A stretch of DNA of 34,832 nt from Nitrospirota bacterium. GTDB taxonomy: Bacteria; Nitrospirota; UBA9217. Position 1 is the stretch's first letter; each line of letters opens with the position of its first letter. Below, piece after piece: positions 23,694 to 31,983 of this stretch. The position numbers and the translations under genes are program-made. The notes beneath the pieces were generated by a model. The model was not told the DNA's origin. It did no database searches and worked only from the letters and a program-made list of their open reading frames with translations. The stretch covers positions 1 to 34,832 of the forward strand of contig JBAIYC010000081.1 of assembly GCA_037916085.1 (NCBI GenBank), read 5' to 3'.

Positions 23694-24704
23694 ATGAAGC
23701 AAGCGCTCTTTCAGGAAAGCCGGGAAGGCGGCAAGGTGCAATGCAGTCTCTGCTCCCACCGCTGTTTGATCGCGCCCGGTCACCGCGGGATCTGCGCGGT
23801 GCGCGAGAACCAGGACGGGACGCTGGTCAGTCTTGTCTATGACCGGGTGATCGCGCGGAACATCGATCCTATCGAGAAGAAGCCTCTCTTTCACTTCCTT
23901 CCCGGCAGCAGCTCCTTCTCCATCGCGACGCCGGGCTGCAATTTCCGCTGCAAGCACTGCCAGAACGCCGACATATCGCAGCTCCCCCGGGACCATGGCG
24001 GGGCGATCGCTGGCGAGCCGGTCTCGCCGAAGGCCATCGTGGAGGCAGCCGTCCGTTCCGGATGTGCAAGCATCTCCTACACCTATACCGAGCCGACCAT
24101 CTTCTTCGAACTCGCCTATGATACGGCAAAGCTTGCCCGTGCCGCCGGCCTCCGGAACGTCTTCGTCACCAACGGCTACATCACTCCCGAGGCGCTGCGC
24201 GAGATCGCACCCGTCCTTGATGCGGCGAACATCGACCTCAAGGGGTTCACCGATGCGTTCTACCGGGAAATCTGCGGGGCCCGGCTGCAGCCGGTGCTAG
24301 ATGCTATCCGGCTGTACAAGGAACTCGGCATCTGGATCGAGATCACGACGCTTGTCATCCCCGGTCATAATGACAGCGAGACCGAGCTGAAAGAGACCGC
24401 GAAGTTCGTCAGCTCGGTTGGCGAGGGCATCCCCTGGCACGTGACCAGGTTCCATCCAACCTACAAGCTGACGGACCGGCCGCGGACGCCTCTTGATACG
24501 CTGACGCGTGCACGCAGGATAGGCCTGGACGCAGGCCTCCGGTATGTGTACGAAGGCAACATCCCCGGCGAGGGCGAGGAAACGTTTTGCTGGAGCTGCA
24601 GGAAGTCGCTGGTGAAGCGGTACGGGTTCTCGGTGGAAGAGAACCATGTCCGGGACGGCGCGTGCGGGTATTGCGGAGCGAGGATCGACGGCGTGTGGAA
24701 GTGA
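23694..24704 (+). CDS. AmmeMemoRadiSam-system-type radical SAM enzyme (PflA-like)
   Basis: GGKVQCSLCSHRCLIAPGHRGICAVREN, IEKKPLFHF and the cluster motif GCNFRCKHCQN are present, with C-terminal CWSC...CGYC. ATG 23694 is preferred, with ATG 23661 as the alternative. Confidence 0.8.
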   Translation: MKQALFQESREGGKVQCSLCSHRCLIAPGHRGICAVRENQDGTLVSLVYDRVIARNIDPIEKKPLFHFLPGSSSFSIATPGCNFRCKHCQNADISQLPRDHGGAIAGEPVSPKAIVEAAVRSGCASISYTYTEPTIFFELAYDTAKLARAAGLRNVFVTNGYITPEALREIAPVLDAANIDLKGFTDAFYREICGARLQPVLDAIRLYKELGIWIEITTLVIPGHNDSETELKETAKFVSSVGEGIPWHVTRFHPTYKLTDRPRTPLDTLTRARRIGLDAGLRYVYEGNIPGEGEETFCWSCRKSLVKRYGFSVEENHVRDGACGYCGARIDGVWK

Positions 24705-24736
24705 AGCGGTCGGGAGCGGCAGGCTCGGAGCTTGGA

Positions 24737-25147
24737 GTGGACTACGAGACCTTCGACCATCAGGCGGACATTGGCGTGCGGGGATTCGGAGCTTCGCTGG
24801 AGGAAGCATATGCAAACGCAGCGGCTGCAATGTACTCTGTCATCGTCGATATCGAGCGTGTTGCACAGCATGAGTCCCGGACCGTTCATGTGAGCGCCGG
24901 AGACCGTGAACAGCTCCTGGTGGAATGGCTGAATGGGCTCCTTGCCCTTTCCGATATCGAGCGCATGGTCTTTGCCCGTTTTGAAGTACGCATAGAAGGG
25001 AATGACCTGTCGGGAACGGCCTGGGGAGAGAAGCTTGACCATCTGCGGCATGAGCCGAAGGTGGAGGTGAAAGGGGCGACCTATCACCTGCTGAAAGTCG
25101 CGAAGGAAGGCGGCCGCTATACGGCCCAGTGCGTCGTGGATGTATGA
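24737..25147 (+). CDS. Archease (RtcB activator family)
   Basis: DYETFDHQADIGVRGFG...KGATYHLLKV is the archease pattern. The start is uncertain: GTG 24737 gives about 136 aa, and GTG 24701 would overlap the radical SAM stop as GTGA. Confidence 0.75.
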   Translation: MDYETFDHQADIGVRGFGASLEEAYANAAAAMYSVIVDIERVAQHESRTVHVSAGDREQLLVEWLNGLLALSDIERMVFARFEVRIEGNDLSGTAWGEKLDHLRHEPKVEVKGATYHLLKVAKEGGRYTAQCVVDV

Positions 25148-25178
25148 AGCAAGAAGACAGCGGTCAGATAAGAGAGGG

Positions 25179-25208
25179 CTGACAGTCTGAATCCCCGCGG
25201 TGTATGAT
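25179..25208 (+). promoter_or_regulatory. Internal sigma-70 promoter placing the TSS on the rtcB ATG (leaderless candidate)
   Basis: CTGACA (25179-25184), 18 nt spacer, TATGAT (25203-25208), then 6 nt (GTCCCC) to ATG 25215. No SD is present. Confidence 0.4.
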
Positions 25209-25214
25209 GTCCCC

Positions 25215-26645
25215 ATGGATCCAAAGTCCCTCCATAAGATAAACGATTTTCTCTGGGAAGTCCCGCAGCAGGGCGAGATGCGGGTTCCGGGCCGCATCTT
25301 CGCGAGTGAGAAGCTGATCACCGAGATGGATGAGAAGGTCAGGGAACAGGTGAGGAACGTGGCGATGCTGCCAGGCATCCAGATCGCATCGCTCGCCATG
25401 CCTGATGCGCATTGGGGCTACGGATTCCCCATCGGCGGCGTGGCAGCATTCGATCCCGGGGAGGGGGGCATCATTTCCATGGGCGGCGTTGGTTTCGACA
25501 TCTCCTGCGGCGTCCGCACCATGAAGACCGGGCTCACAGGCGAAGAGATCAAGCCGAAGCTCGAACGGCTCGTGGACCGGTTCTACAGCCGTGTACCGGC
25601 GGGGGTCGGTTCTGAGGGTCTGATCCGGTTGAACCCCGCCCAGATCGATGAGATGCTCGTGGGCGGCGCAGAATGGGCCGTGAAGCGGGGATACGGCCTG
25701 GCCGAGGACCTTGAGTATACGGAGGAGCACGGAAGGGTAGATGGTGCCGAACCTGCGGCGGTCTCCTCGACGGCAAAGAAGCGGCAGGAGCGCGAGATGG
25801 GCACGCTCGGGTCGGGGAACCATTACCTCGAAGTCCAGATCGTGGATGAGGTGTATGACGAGACGACGGCCCGGGCTTTCGGTCTGCGGCGGAATGATGT
25901 CGTCATCACCATTCACTGCGGTTCGCGGGGGTTGGGTCACCAGATCGGTACCGATGCGCTCCGGAGTCTGGCCAATGCGGCCCAGCGGTTCAATCTGCCG
26001 ATCCGGGACCGTGAACTGGCGTCGGCGCCGATCTCGTCGCCGGAGGGTCAGCGCTATTACGGGGCTATGAGCGCAGGCATCAACTGCGCACTGGCGAACC
26101 GGCAGATCCTTACACACCTGGTCCGTGAGGTCTTCAACGAAGTCTTTCCGAACGGGTCGATCAAGATGCTCTACGATATCAGCCATAACACCTGCAAGGT
26201 GGAGACGCATCATATCCAGGGCAAGAAGAAGCGCCTCTATGTCCACCGGAAAGGCGCCACGCGCGCCTTCGGACCGGGGCAGATCGACCTGCCCCTGGAA
26301 TACAGCCACGCGGGCCAACCCGTGCTCATCGGCGGGACCATGGGCACGTCGTCCTACATACTGGTCGGCACCGAGGAGGGAATGGATGTCGCCTTCGGCT
26401 CGGCCTGCCACGGCGCAGGCAGGGCCATGTCGCGCACACAGGCAAAGAAGCAGTGGCACGGCCGCGAGGTCATCCGCTCCCTTGAAGCGCAGGGCATCCT
26501 GGTCCGGGGCCATTCCTATGCCGGCATCGCCGAAGAAGCGCCGGGTTCCTACAAGGACGTGGGCGAGGTCGTCGATGCTGCGCACCATGCGAACCTCGCG
26601 CGGAAGGTGGTTCGCGTCAGGCCGCTTGCCTGCGTCAAAGGATGA
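25215..26645 (+). CDS. rtcB: RNA 3'-phosphate/2',3'-cyclic phosphate ligase RtcB
   Basis: MRVPGRIFASEKLI, PDAHWGYGFPIGGV, GGVGFDISCG, GSGNHYLE, HCGSRGLGHQ and HRKGATRA are RtcB metal/GTP-site blocks. GTG 25200 is the alternative start. Confidence 0.95.
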   Translation: MDPKSLHKINDFLWEVPQQGEMRVPGRIFASEKLITEMDEKVREQVRNVAMLPGIQIASLAMPDAHWGYGFPIGGVAAFDPGEGGIISMGGVGFDISCGVRTMKTGLTGEEIKPKLERLVDRFYSRVPAGVGSEGLIRLNPAQIDEMLVGGAEWAVKRGYGLAEDLEYTEEHGRVDGAEPAAVSSTAKKRQEREMGTLGSGNHYLEVQIVDEVYDETTARAFGLRRNDVVITIHCGSRGLGHQIGTDALRSLANAAQRFNLPIRDRELASAPISSPEGQRYYGAMSAGINCALANRQILTHLVREVFNEVFPNGSIKMLYDISHNTCKVETHHIQGKKKRLYVHRKGATRAFGPGQIDLPLEYSHAGQPVLIGGTMGTSSYILVGTEEGMDVAFGSACHGAGRAMSRTQAKKQWHGREVIRSLEAQGILVRGHSYAGIAEEAPGSYKDVGEVVDAAHHANLARKVVRVRPLACVKG

Positions 26646-26689
26646 TCGCATCGGGTCGCGCACCGGGATATACGGAGAAGGAGCACGAG

Positions 26690-26723
26690 GAGCGGCAAAG
26701 GTTTTTGCCGCTCTTGGTGTTCC
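26690..26723 (+). terminator. Intrinsic terminator after rtcB
   Basis: GAGCGGCAAA (26690-26699), loop GGTT, TTTGCCGCTC (26704-26713), then TTGGTGTTCC. Confidence 0.6.
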
Positions 26724-26758
26724 TGCGGTCAAAATGAGATGCATGACCGATGAAATGC

Positions 26759-26767
26759 TGCTATAGT
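26759..26767 (+). promoter_or_regulatory. Extended -10 promoter for the exporter operon
   Basis: TGcTATAGT at 26759-26767, 20 nt upstream of ATG 26787. Confidence 0.4.
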
Positions 26768-26786
26768 AAGGGCGAAGTCAGCCGGT

Positions 26787-27635
26787 ATGATCAGCGAGGG
26801 TATCGTGAAGAAGAAAGGCCTCATCGTTGGCGCAGTCGTTGCAGCGGGTGTCATCGGAGCGGTCATGCTGTTGCTGCAGAGCCGCCGTGACGGTGATTCG
26901 GCATTGTTGCTGTCCGGCACGATAGAAGTCACCGAAGTGAACCTGGGGTTCAAGACGGCCGGCCGTGTCGCAGAAATGCTCGTCGAGGAAGGCGCGAAGG
27001 TCGGGAAAGGTCAGCGCATCGCTGTGCTGGACCAGGCCGAGATCCGGAGCATCGTTGACCAGAACAGGGCCGCAGTGAAGTATTCCGAGGCCGTGTTCGA
27101 AAAGGCGCGGAAGGACCTTGACCGCGCAACGCATCTGGCCAGGGACGAGGTCATCTCCGCCCAGCAGATGGACGCGGCAGGTACCACGTACGACGTGGCA
27201 CGTTCGCAGCTCCAGCAGGCCAGGGCGGCGCTTGATGCATCAGAGGTCCGGTTGCGGGACACCGTGCTTCTGTCGCCCACACCGGGAACGGTCCTTCAGA
27301 AGGTCGTGGAGGCAGGAGAAACCGTCCCGGCGGGCGCGACCGTCTACAGCATCGGAGACCTGGATGCTCCCTGGGTGAAGGTGTACGTGAACGAAACGAA
27401 GCTCGGCGCCGTCCGGCTCGGACAGCACGCCCAGGTGAGGGTCGATTCGTATCCGAAGAGGATCTTCGAGGGCACGGTCACGCAGATCAATTCGGAGGCC
27501 GAGTTCACGCCCAAGCACATTCAGACACAGGAAGAGCGTGTCAAGCTTGTCTACGGCGTCAAAGTGAGCGTCCGGAACGAGGGCGATGTTCTTAAGCCCG
27601 GCATGCCTGCGGATGTGGCCATTCAGCTGAAATGA
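26787..27635 (+). CDS. HlyD/YbhG-like periplasmic adaptor (membrane fusion) protein
   Basis: It has an N-terminal TM helix and a lipoyl-like hairpin (GTIEVTEVNLGFKTAGRVAEMLVEEGAKVGKGQRIAVLD). A coiled coil and a beta-barrel (VRVDSYP...FEGTVTQI...KPGMPADV) follow. Confidence 0.9.
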   Translation: MISEGIVKKKGLIVGAVVAAGVIGAVMLLLQSRRDGDSALLLSGTIEVTEVNLGFKTAGRVAEMLVEEGAKVGKGQRIAVLDQAEIRSIVDQNRAAVKYSEAVFEKARKDLDRATHLARDEVISAQQMDAAGTTYDVARSQLQQARAALDASEVRLRDTVLLSPTPGTVLQKVVEAGETVPAGATVYSIGDLDAPWVKVYVNETKLGAVRLGQHAQVRVDSYPKRIFEGTVTQINSEAEFTPKHIQTQEERVKLVYGVKVSVRNEGDVLKPGMPADVAIQLK

Positions 27636-27695
27636 CGTGATCGGCTGAGTACTTCCCGGCTGTGTTCTCAAGCAGGTCATGCTTTCTTGCTACCC

Positions 27696-28634
27696 ATGAA
27701 CGATCCCATCGCCATCCAGGCATCATCCCTTTCAAAATCCTTCAATGGCACAGCCGCTGTCTCAAACCTGGAACTGAACGTCCGCCGCGGCGAACTGTAC
27801 GGCCTCGTCGGCCCCGACGGGGCAGGCAAGACCACGACGCTCCGCATGCTTGCCGGCATCATGGATCCCACATCGGGGGATGCGCGGGTCGCGGGGCATT
27901 CGGTCCGGACGGAAGGCGAGCTGATCAAGGAAAAGATCGGATATATGTCCCAGCGGTTCGGTCTCTACGAGGACCTGACGGTTATTGAGAACATCGAGTT
28001 CTACGCCGACATCTACGGCGTTCCACGGAGCGAGCGGAGCGCGCGCTTCGATCGTCTCCTTGGCTTCAGCAATCTAGCGCCGTTTCGGAAACGGCTGGCA
28101 GGAGCCCTGTCGGGGGGCATGAAGCAGAAGCTTGGGCTTGCCTGCGCGCTCGTGCATACGCCGGAGGTATTGCTGCTTGACGAACCGACCAACGGCGTAG
28201 ACCCGGTCTCGCGGAGGGATTTCTGGAAGATCCTGTACGACCTGCTGAAGGACCGTGTCACCATTTTCGTGTCCACATCCTATCTTGATGAGGCCGAGCG
28301 GTGCACCAGGATCGGCCTTCTTTATGACGGCAGGCTGATCAAAGAGGACGATCCGCTTGCTCTGCGCAGGTCCTATCCGCTGCCCGTCGTCGAGATCTGG
28401 TGCGCAGAGGTGAGGCGCGCCGGCCGCCTGCTCCACGGAATGCCGGGCATCACGCAGGTAAGTGTCTATGGAGATCGGATGCATGTCACGCTCGGGAAAG
28501 GGCAGGACACGGCGCTGGTCGTAGAGCGCCTGCGGAAGGAACAGGTGCTGGTCATCGATCATCGGTCGATCATGCCTTCGCTGGAGGACGTGTTCATATC
28601 GCTGGTGGAAGGAACGGAGGGGCATGGAGAATGA
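27696..28634 (+). CDS. ABC transporter ATP-binding protein (YbhF N-half-like)
   Basis: Walker A is GPDGAGKTT, the signature is LSGGMKQKL and Walker B is LLLLDEPTNGVD. The H-loop position reads FVSTSYLDEAE (Ser instead of His). Confidence 0.9.
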   Translation: MNDPIAIQASSLSKSFNGTAAVSNLELNVRRGELYGLVGPDGAGKTTTLRMLAGIMDPTSGDARVAGHSVRTEGELIKEKIGYMSQRFGLYEDLTVIENIEFYADIYGVPRSERSARFDRLLGFSNLAPFRKRLAGALSGGMKQKLGLACALVHTPEVLLLDEPTNGVDPVSRRDFWKILYDLLKDRVTIFVSTSYLDEAERCTRIGLLYDGRLIKEDDPLALRRSYPLPVVEIWCAEVRRAGRLLHGMPGITQVSVYGDRMHVTLGKGQDTALVVERLRKEQVLVIDHRSIMPSLEDVFISLVEGTEGHGE

Positions 28635-29578
28635 ATGACACCGCGGCAGGCCCGGCGTCAAAGGACATTGCCGTCAAGATCAATGACCTCAGCCGAAGCT
28701 TCGGGGATTTCATCGCGGTGGACCGGGTCAGTCTCGAGGTGAGGAAGGGCGAGATCTTCGGTTTTCTCGGGCCGAATGGAGCCGGAAAGTCCACGACGAT
28801 ACGCATGCTCTGCGGCCTCCTCCTGCCCACCGGCGGATGCGGTACCGTCGCGGGGTGGGACATCATCACCGGGTCCGAGAGGATCAAGCAGAGCATTGGC
28901 TACATGTCCCAGCGCTTCTCTCTCTACGACGACCTGACGGTGGAGGAGAACATCGATTTCTTCAGTGGTCTCTACGGCGTGTCGGGTGTGCGACAGGAAG
29001 AACGAAAGAATTGGGCGCTCGACCTCGCGGGTCTGACCGACCGGAGAAGAGCAATGACGAAATCGCTCCCGGTAGGCTTCAAGCAGCGTCTTGCTCTCGG
29101 ATGCGCCATCCTGCACGAACCTTGCCTGCTGTTCCTGGACGAACCGACATCGGGTGTCGATCCCTTGTCCCGGAGACGGTTCTGGGAATTGATCGGCAAC
29201 ATGGCGCAGAAGGGGGTGACGGTCTTCGTCACGACCCATTATCTGGATGAGGCTGACTACTGCGACCGCCTTGCGCTTATCTATCGCGGGAGGCTGATCG
29301 CGGAAGGATCGCCGCAACAGCTGCGTCATGAACACATGAGCGGCGAGGTGCTCGAGATTGAAGCGGAACCGCTTGCGGCCGCCATGGAGGTCCTGCAGCG
29401 GCAGGGGTATGACGCCGCCGTGTTCGGGAATCGGATCCATGCCATAGTCCCTGCCGTCGAGACCGCCGCCCGGCCCATCCGCTCATCCCTCGAAGCGGCG
29501 AGCATCCGGGTCGGCGGCATGGAGAAGATACCGCCGTCGCTTGAGGACGTGTTTGTGACAATGATAGAACAGTCGTAA
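28631..29578 (+). CDS. ABC transporter ATP-binding protein (YbhF C-half-like)
   Basis: The ATG overlaps the upstream stop (ATGA). Walker A is GPNGAGKST and Walker B is LLFLDEPTSGVD. The H-loop VFVTTHYLDEAD is intact. The signature is degenerate (SLPVGFKQRL). Confidence 0.9.
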   Translation: MNDTAAGPASKDIAVKINDLSRSFGDFIAVDRVSLEVRKGEIFGFLGPNGAGKSTTIRMLCGLLLPTGGCGTVAGWDIITGSERIKQSIGYMSQRFSLYDDLTVEENIDFFSGLYGVSGVRQEERKNWALDLAGLTDRRRAMTKSLPVGFKQRLALGCAILHEPCLLFLDEPTSGVDPLSRRRFWELIGNMAQKGVTVFVTTHYLDEADYCDRLALIYRGRLIAEGSPQQLRHEHMSGEVLEIEAEPLAAAMEVLQRQGYDAAVFGNRIHAIVPAVETAARPIRSSLEAASIRVGGMEKIPPSLEDVFVTMIEQS

Positions 29579-29639
29579 CAAGTCGAGAGGCGGTCTGCAC
29601 TCGAGGCTCAATGACAGATTCATTGACGACCGATCTGCT

Positions 29640-30749
29640 ATGAAACTCATCCGCATCAGGGCGATCGCTCAGAAGGAAGCGCTCCAGGTCATCCGCGACC
29701 CGTTCAGCCTGGCCATGGCCTTCATCGTCCCGCTGTTCCTGCTCCTGATCTTCGGGTACGCCATTACCTTGGACATCCGCGAGATCGATACGATCGTGCT
29801 TGATCGTGACGGGAGCAGCCTGAGCCGCGAACTGGCGACCGAGCTCAGGGAAACGGGGTATTTCACCATCAGGAAGTACGTCGAGCGCGAACGGGATATC
29901 GAGAACGAGCTCGATTCGGGAGCGGCAAAGGTGGCCGTCATGATACCGACGGACTTCAGCAAGAAAATCCGTTCCGGTGGGACCCCCAAACTCGGCGTTA
30001 TCATAGACGGCAGCGACGCGAACACGGCAATGATCGCCCAGGGATACCTCACGGGCATCGTAACGCAGTTCTCGTCCCGCTTTGCCACAGCATCTCTCCG
30101 GCTGCCCATCGATGTACGGACCAGAGTCTGGTACAATCCCGATCTCAAATCTCGCAACTTTATCATTCCCGGCCTGATCGCTGTCATCATGGCCGTCATC
30201 GTCGCCCTGCTCACCTCGCTCACCGTGTCCCGGGAATGGGACCGGGGGACGATGGAGCAGCTGATCGCCACGCCCGTCACGAGATACGAGATCATCATCG
30301 GGAAGCTCGTCCCCTACTTCTGCATCGGCCTTGCCGACACGCTGCTCTGCATCGCCATGGGGACGCAGCTTTTCCATGTGCCTCTTCGGGGGAGTCTGCC
30401 GCTGCTCCTTGCGCTGTCGGGGGTATTTCTCGCCGGCGGGCTCTGCATGGGTATTCTGATCTCGATCATCGCACGGCAGCAGCTGCTGTCGAGCCAGATG
30501 GCGCTCCTGGGCACCTTCCTGCCGGCATTCCTGCTCTCGGGCTTCATGTTCTCCATCGCCAGCATGCCGCGTCCGATACAGTACGCGACCTATGCGGTGT
30601 CCGCGCGGTATTTCGTCAATATTATCATGGGGATCTTCCTGAAAGGTGTGACGTTCCGGCTGGTTCTCGTCGAAACGGCGCTGCTGATCGTTTACGGAAT
30701 CCTCATGTTCGGCCTTGCGGGCCGGAAATTCAGGAAACGGGTGGAATAA
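29640..30749 (+). CDS. ABC-2-type transporter permease (YbhS/YbhR-like)
   Basis: N-terminal KEALQVIRDPFSLAMAFIVPLFLLLIFGY is followed by a large extracytoplasmic loop. The C-terminal part is an ABC-2 membrane domain (REWDRGTMEQLIATPV). Confidence 0.9.
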   Translation: MKLIRIRAIAQKEALQVIRDPFSLAMAFIVPLFLLLIFGYAITLDIREIDTIVLDRDGSSLSRELATELRETGYFTIRKYVERERDIENELDSGAAKVAVMIPTDFSKKIRSGGTPKLGVIIDGSDANTAMIAQGYLTGIVTQFSSRFATASLRLPIDVRTRVWYNPDLKSRNFIIPGLIAVIMAVIVALLTSLTVSREWDRGTMEQLIATPVTRYEIIIGKLVPYFCIGLADTLLCIAMGTQLFHVPLRGSLPLLLALSGVFLAGGLCMGILISIIARQQLLSSQMALLGTFLPAFLLSGFMFSIASMPRPIQYATYAVSARYFVNIIMGIFLKGVTFRLVLVETALLIVYGILMFGLAGRKFRKRVE

Positions 30750-31861
30750 TGTTCGGCAGGCTGAAACAGATGGTCCGGAAAGAGTTCATCCAGGTGCTGC
30801 GAGACAAGCGGCTGCGCTTCTTTGTCATCGTTCCTCCGATGATCCAGCTGCTGGTCTTCGGGTACGTGGTATCCATGGACGTGAACAACGTGGAAACAGC
30901 CGTGCTGGACCGGGACAGAACAGCGGAAAGCCGGGATGTGATCGAGCGGTTCCGGTCCACAGGCTACTTCACCATCGTCCGTCAGCTGGCGGACGAGAGC
31001 GGCGTCCGGGACGCCCTCGACCGCGGAGAGGCCTTATGCGTCATCCAGATCGAACGAGGTTTCGGCCGCGACCTGCTGCGCGGGAACGCGGCATCGGTGC
31101 AGGTCATCATCGATGGCACGAACTCGAACACCGCGGCGGTCGTGCAGGGCTATGTGGACCAGATCATGGCTGGCATGCAGTCGGATGTCCTTGCCAGGCG
31201 AGGGATCGTTGTCGGCCAGCGCATCGATATGAGGATCCGCTCGTGGTACAATCCGGACCTCCGGAGCAAGAACTACAACGTACCGGCGGTCATGGCGACC
31301 ATCATCACGCTCGTCTGCCTCATGCTCACCTCCATGGCGATCGTCCGGGAGCGGGAGTTGGGGACCATGGAGCAGCTGATGGTGAGCCCCCTTCGGCCGG
31401 GCGAACTGATGCTCGGAAAGACCATCCCGTTCGCCGCGATCAGTTTCTTCGATATGACTCTGGTCGCCACCCTTGGGGTCATCTGGTTCCACGTTCCCGT
31501 GAACGGATCGCTCCTGGTCCTCCTTGCAGGCACGCTTCTGTACCTGCTCTCGGTGCTCGGCGTGGGACTGTTCATCTCCACCCTGGTGGGCACGCAGCAG
31601 CAGGCGCTCATGGGTACGATCCTCTTCTATATGCCGTCGATCCTGCTCTCGGGTTTCGTGTTCCCGATCAAGAACATGCCCGTACTTTTCCAATACTTGA
31701 CCCTGATCATCCCGCTCCGCTACTTCCTCGTGATCATCCGGGGGGTGTTCCTGAAGGGTGTGGGGTTCGACCTGCTCTGGCCGGAGATGGCCGCTCTTCT
31801 CGCCATCGGTCTTCTTGTCATTACGCTCAGCGCCTTCCGCTTCCGCAAACGGCTGGGATGA
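30749..31861 (+). CDS. ABC-2-type transporter permease (YbhS/YbhR-like), paralogue
   Basis: The ATG overlaps the upstream TAA (TAATG). KEFIQVLRDKRLRFFVIVPPMIQLLVFGY and RERELGTMEQLMVSPL parallel the preceding gene. Confidence 0.9.
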   Translation: MFGRLKQMVRKEFIQVLRDKRLRFFVIVPPMIQLLVFGYVVSMDVNNVETAVLDRDRTAESRDVIERFRSTGYFTIVRQLADESGVRDALDRGEALCVIQIERGFGRDLLRGNAASVQVIIDGTNSNTAAVVQGYVDQIMAGMQSDVLARRGIVVGQRIDMRIRSWYNPDLRSKNYNVPAVMATIITLVCLMLTSMAIVRERELGTMEQLMVSPLRPGELMLGKTIPFAAISFFDMTLVATLGVIWFHVPVNGSLLVLLAGTLLYLLSVLGVGLFISTLVGTQQQALMGTILFYMPSILLSGFVFPIKNMPVLFQYLTLIIPLRYFLVIIRGVFLKGVGFDLLWPEMAALLAIGLLVITLSAFRFRKRLG

Positions 31862-31902
31862 AGAGAATCGGCCGTTGCCGAACCATGAACATCAAAGAAA
31901 TA

Positions 31903-31911
31903 TGGTATAGT
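31903..31911 (+). promoter_or_regulatory. Extended -10 promoter for norCB
   Basis: TGgTATAGT at 31903-31911. The SD GGGAGGTG lies before ATG 31984. Confidence 0.45.
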
Positions 31912-31983
31912 TTCACTATCCTGCCTTGTAGAGTGTTTCTGGACAATTTTCGGGAATAATTCAGGTCGCCTGGGAGGTGCGGA

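Noticed and set aside
25164-26744. 526-aa ORF on the minus strand
   Set aside because: It is antisense to rtcB, whose translation carries all the RtcB signature blocks. The antisense product is Arg/Pro/Asp-rich with no motifs and runs across the rtcB terminator.
30715-31959. 414-aa alternative-frame ORF on the plus strand (similar long alternative-frame or antisense ORFs occur at 3696-4568, 7425-8390, 8694-9641, 14273-15163, 19307-20374, 24461-25399, 28658-29440 and 29277-30377)
   Set aside because: All overlap genes with strong family signatures in another frame or strand. All have Arg/Pro/Gly/His-rich compositions typical of off-frame translation of GC-rich coding sequence.
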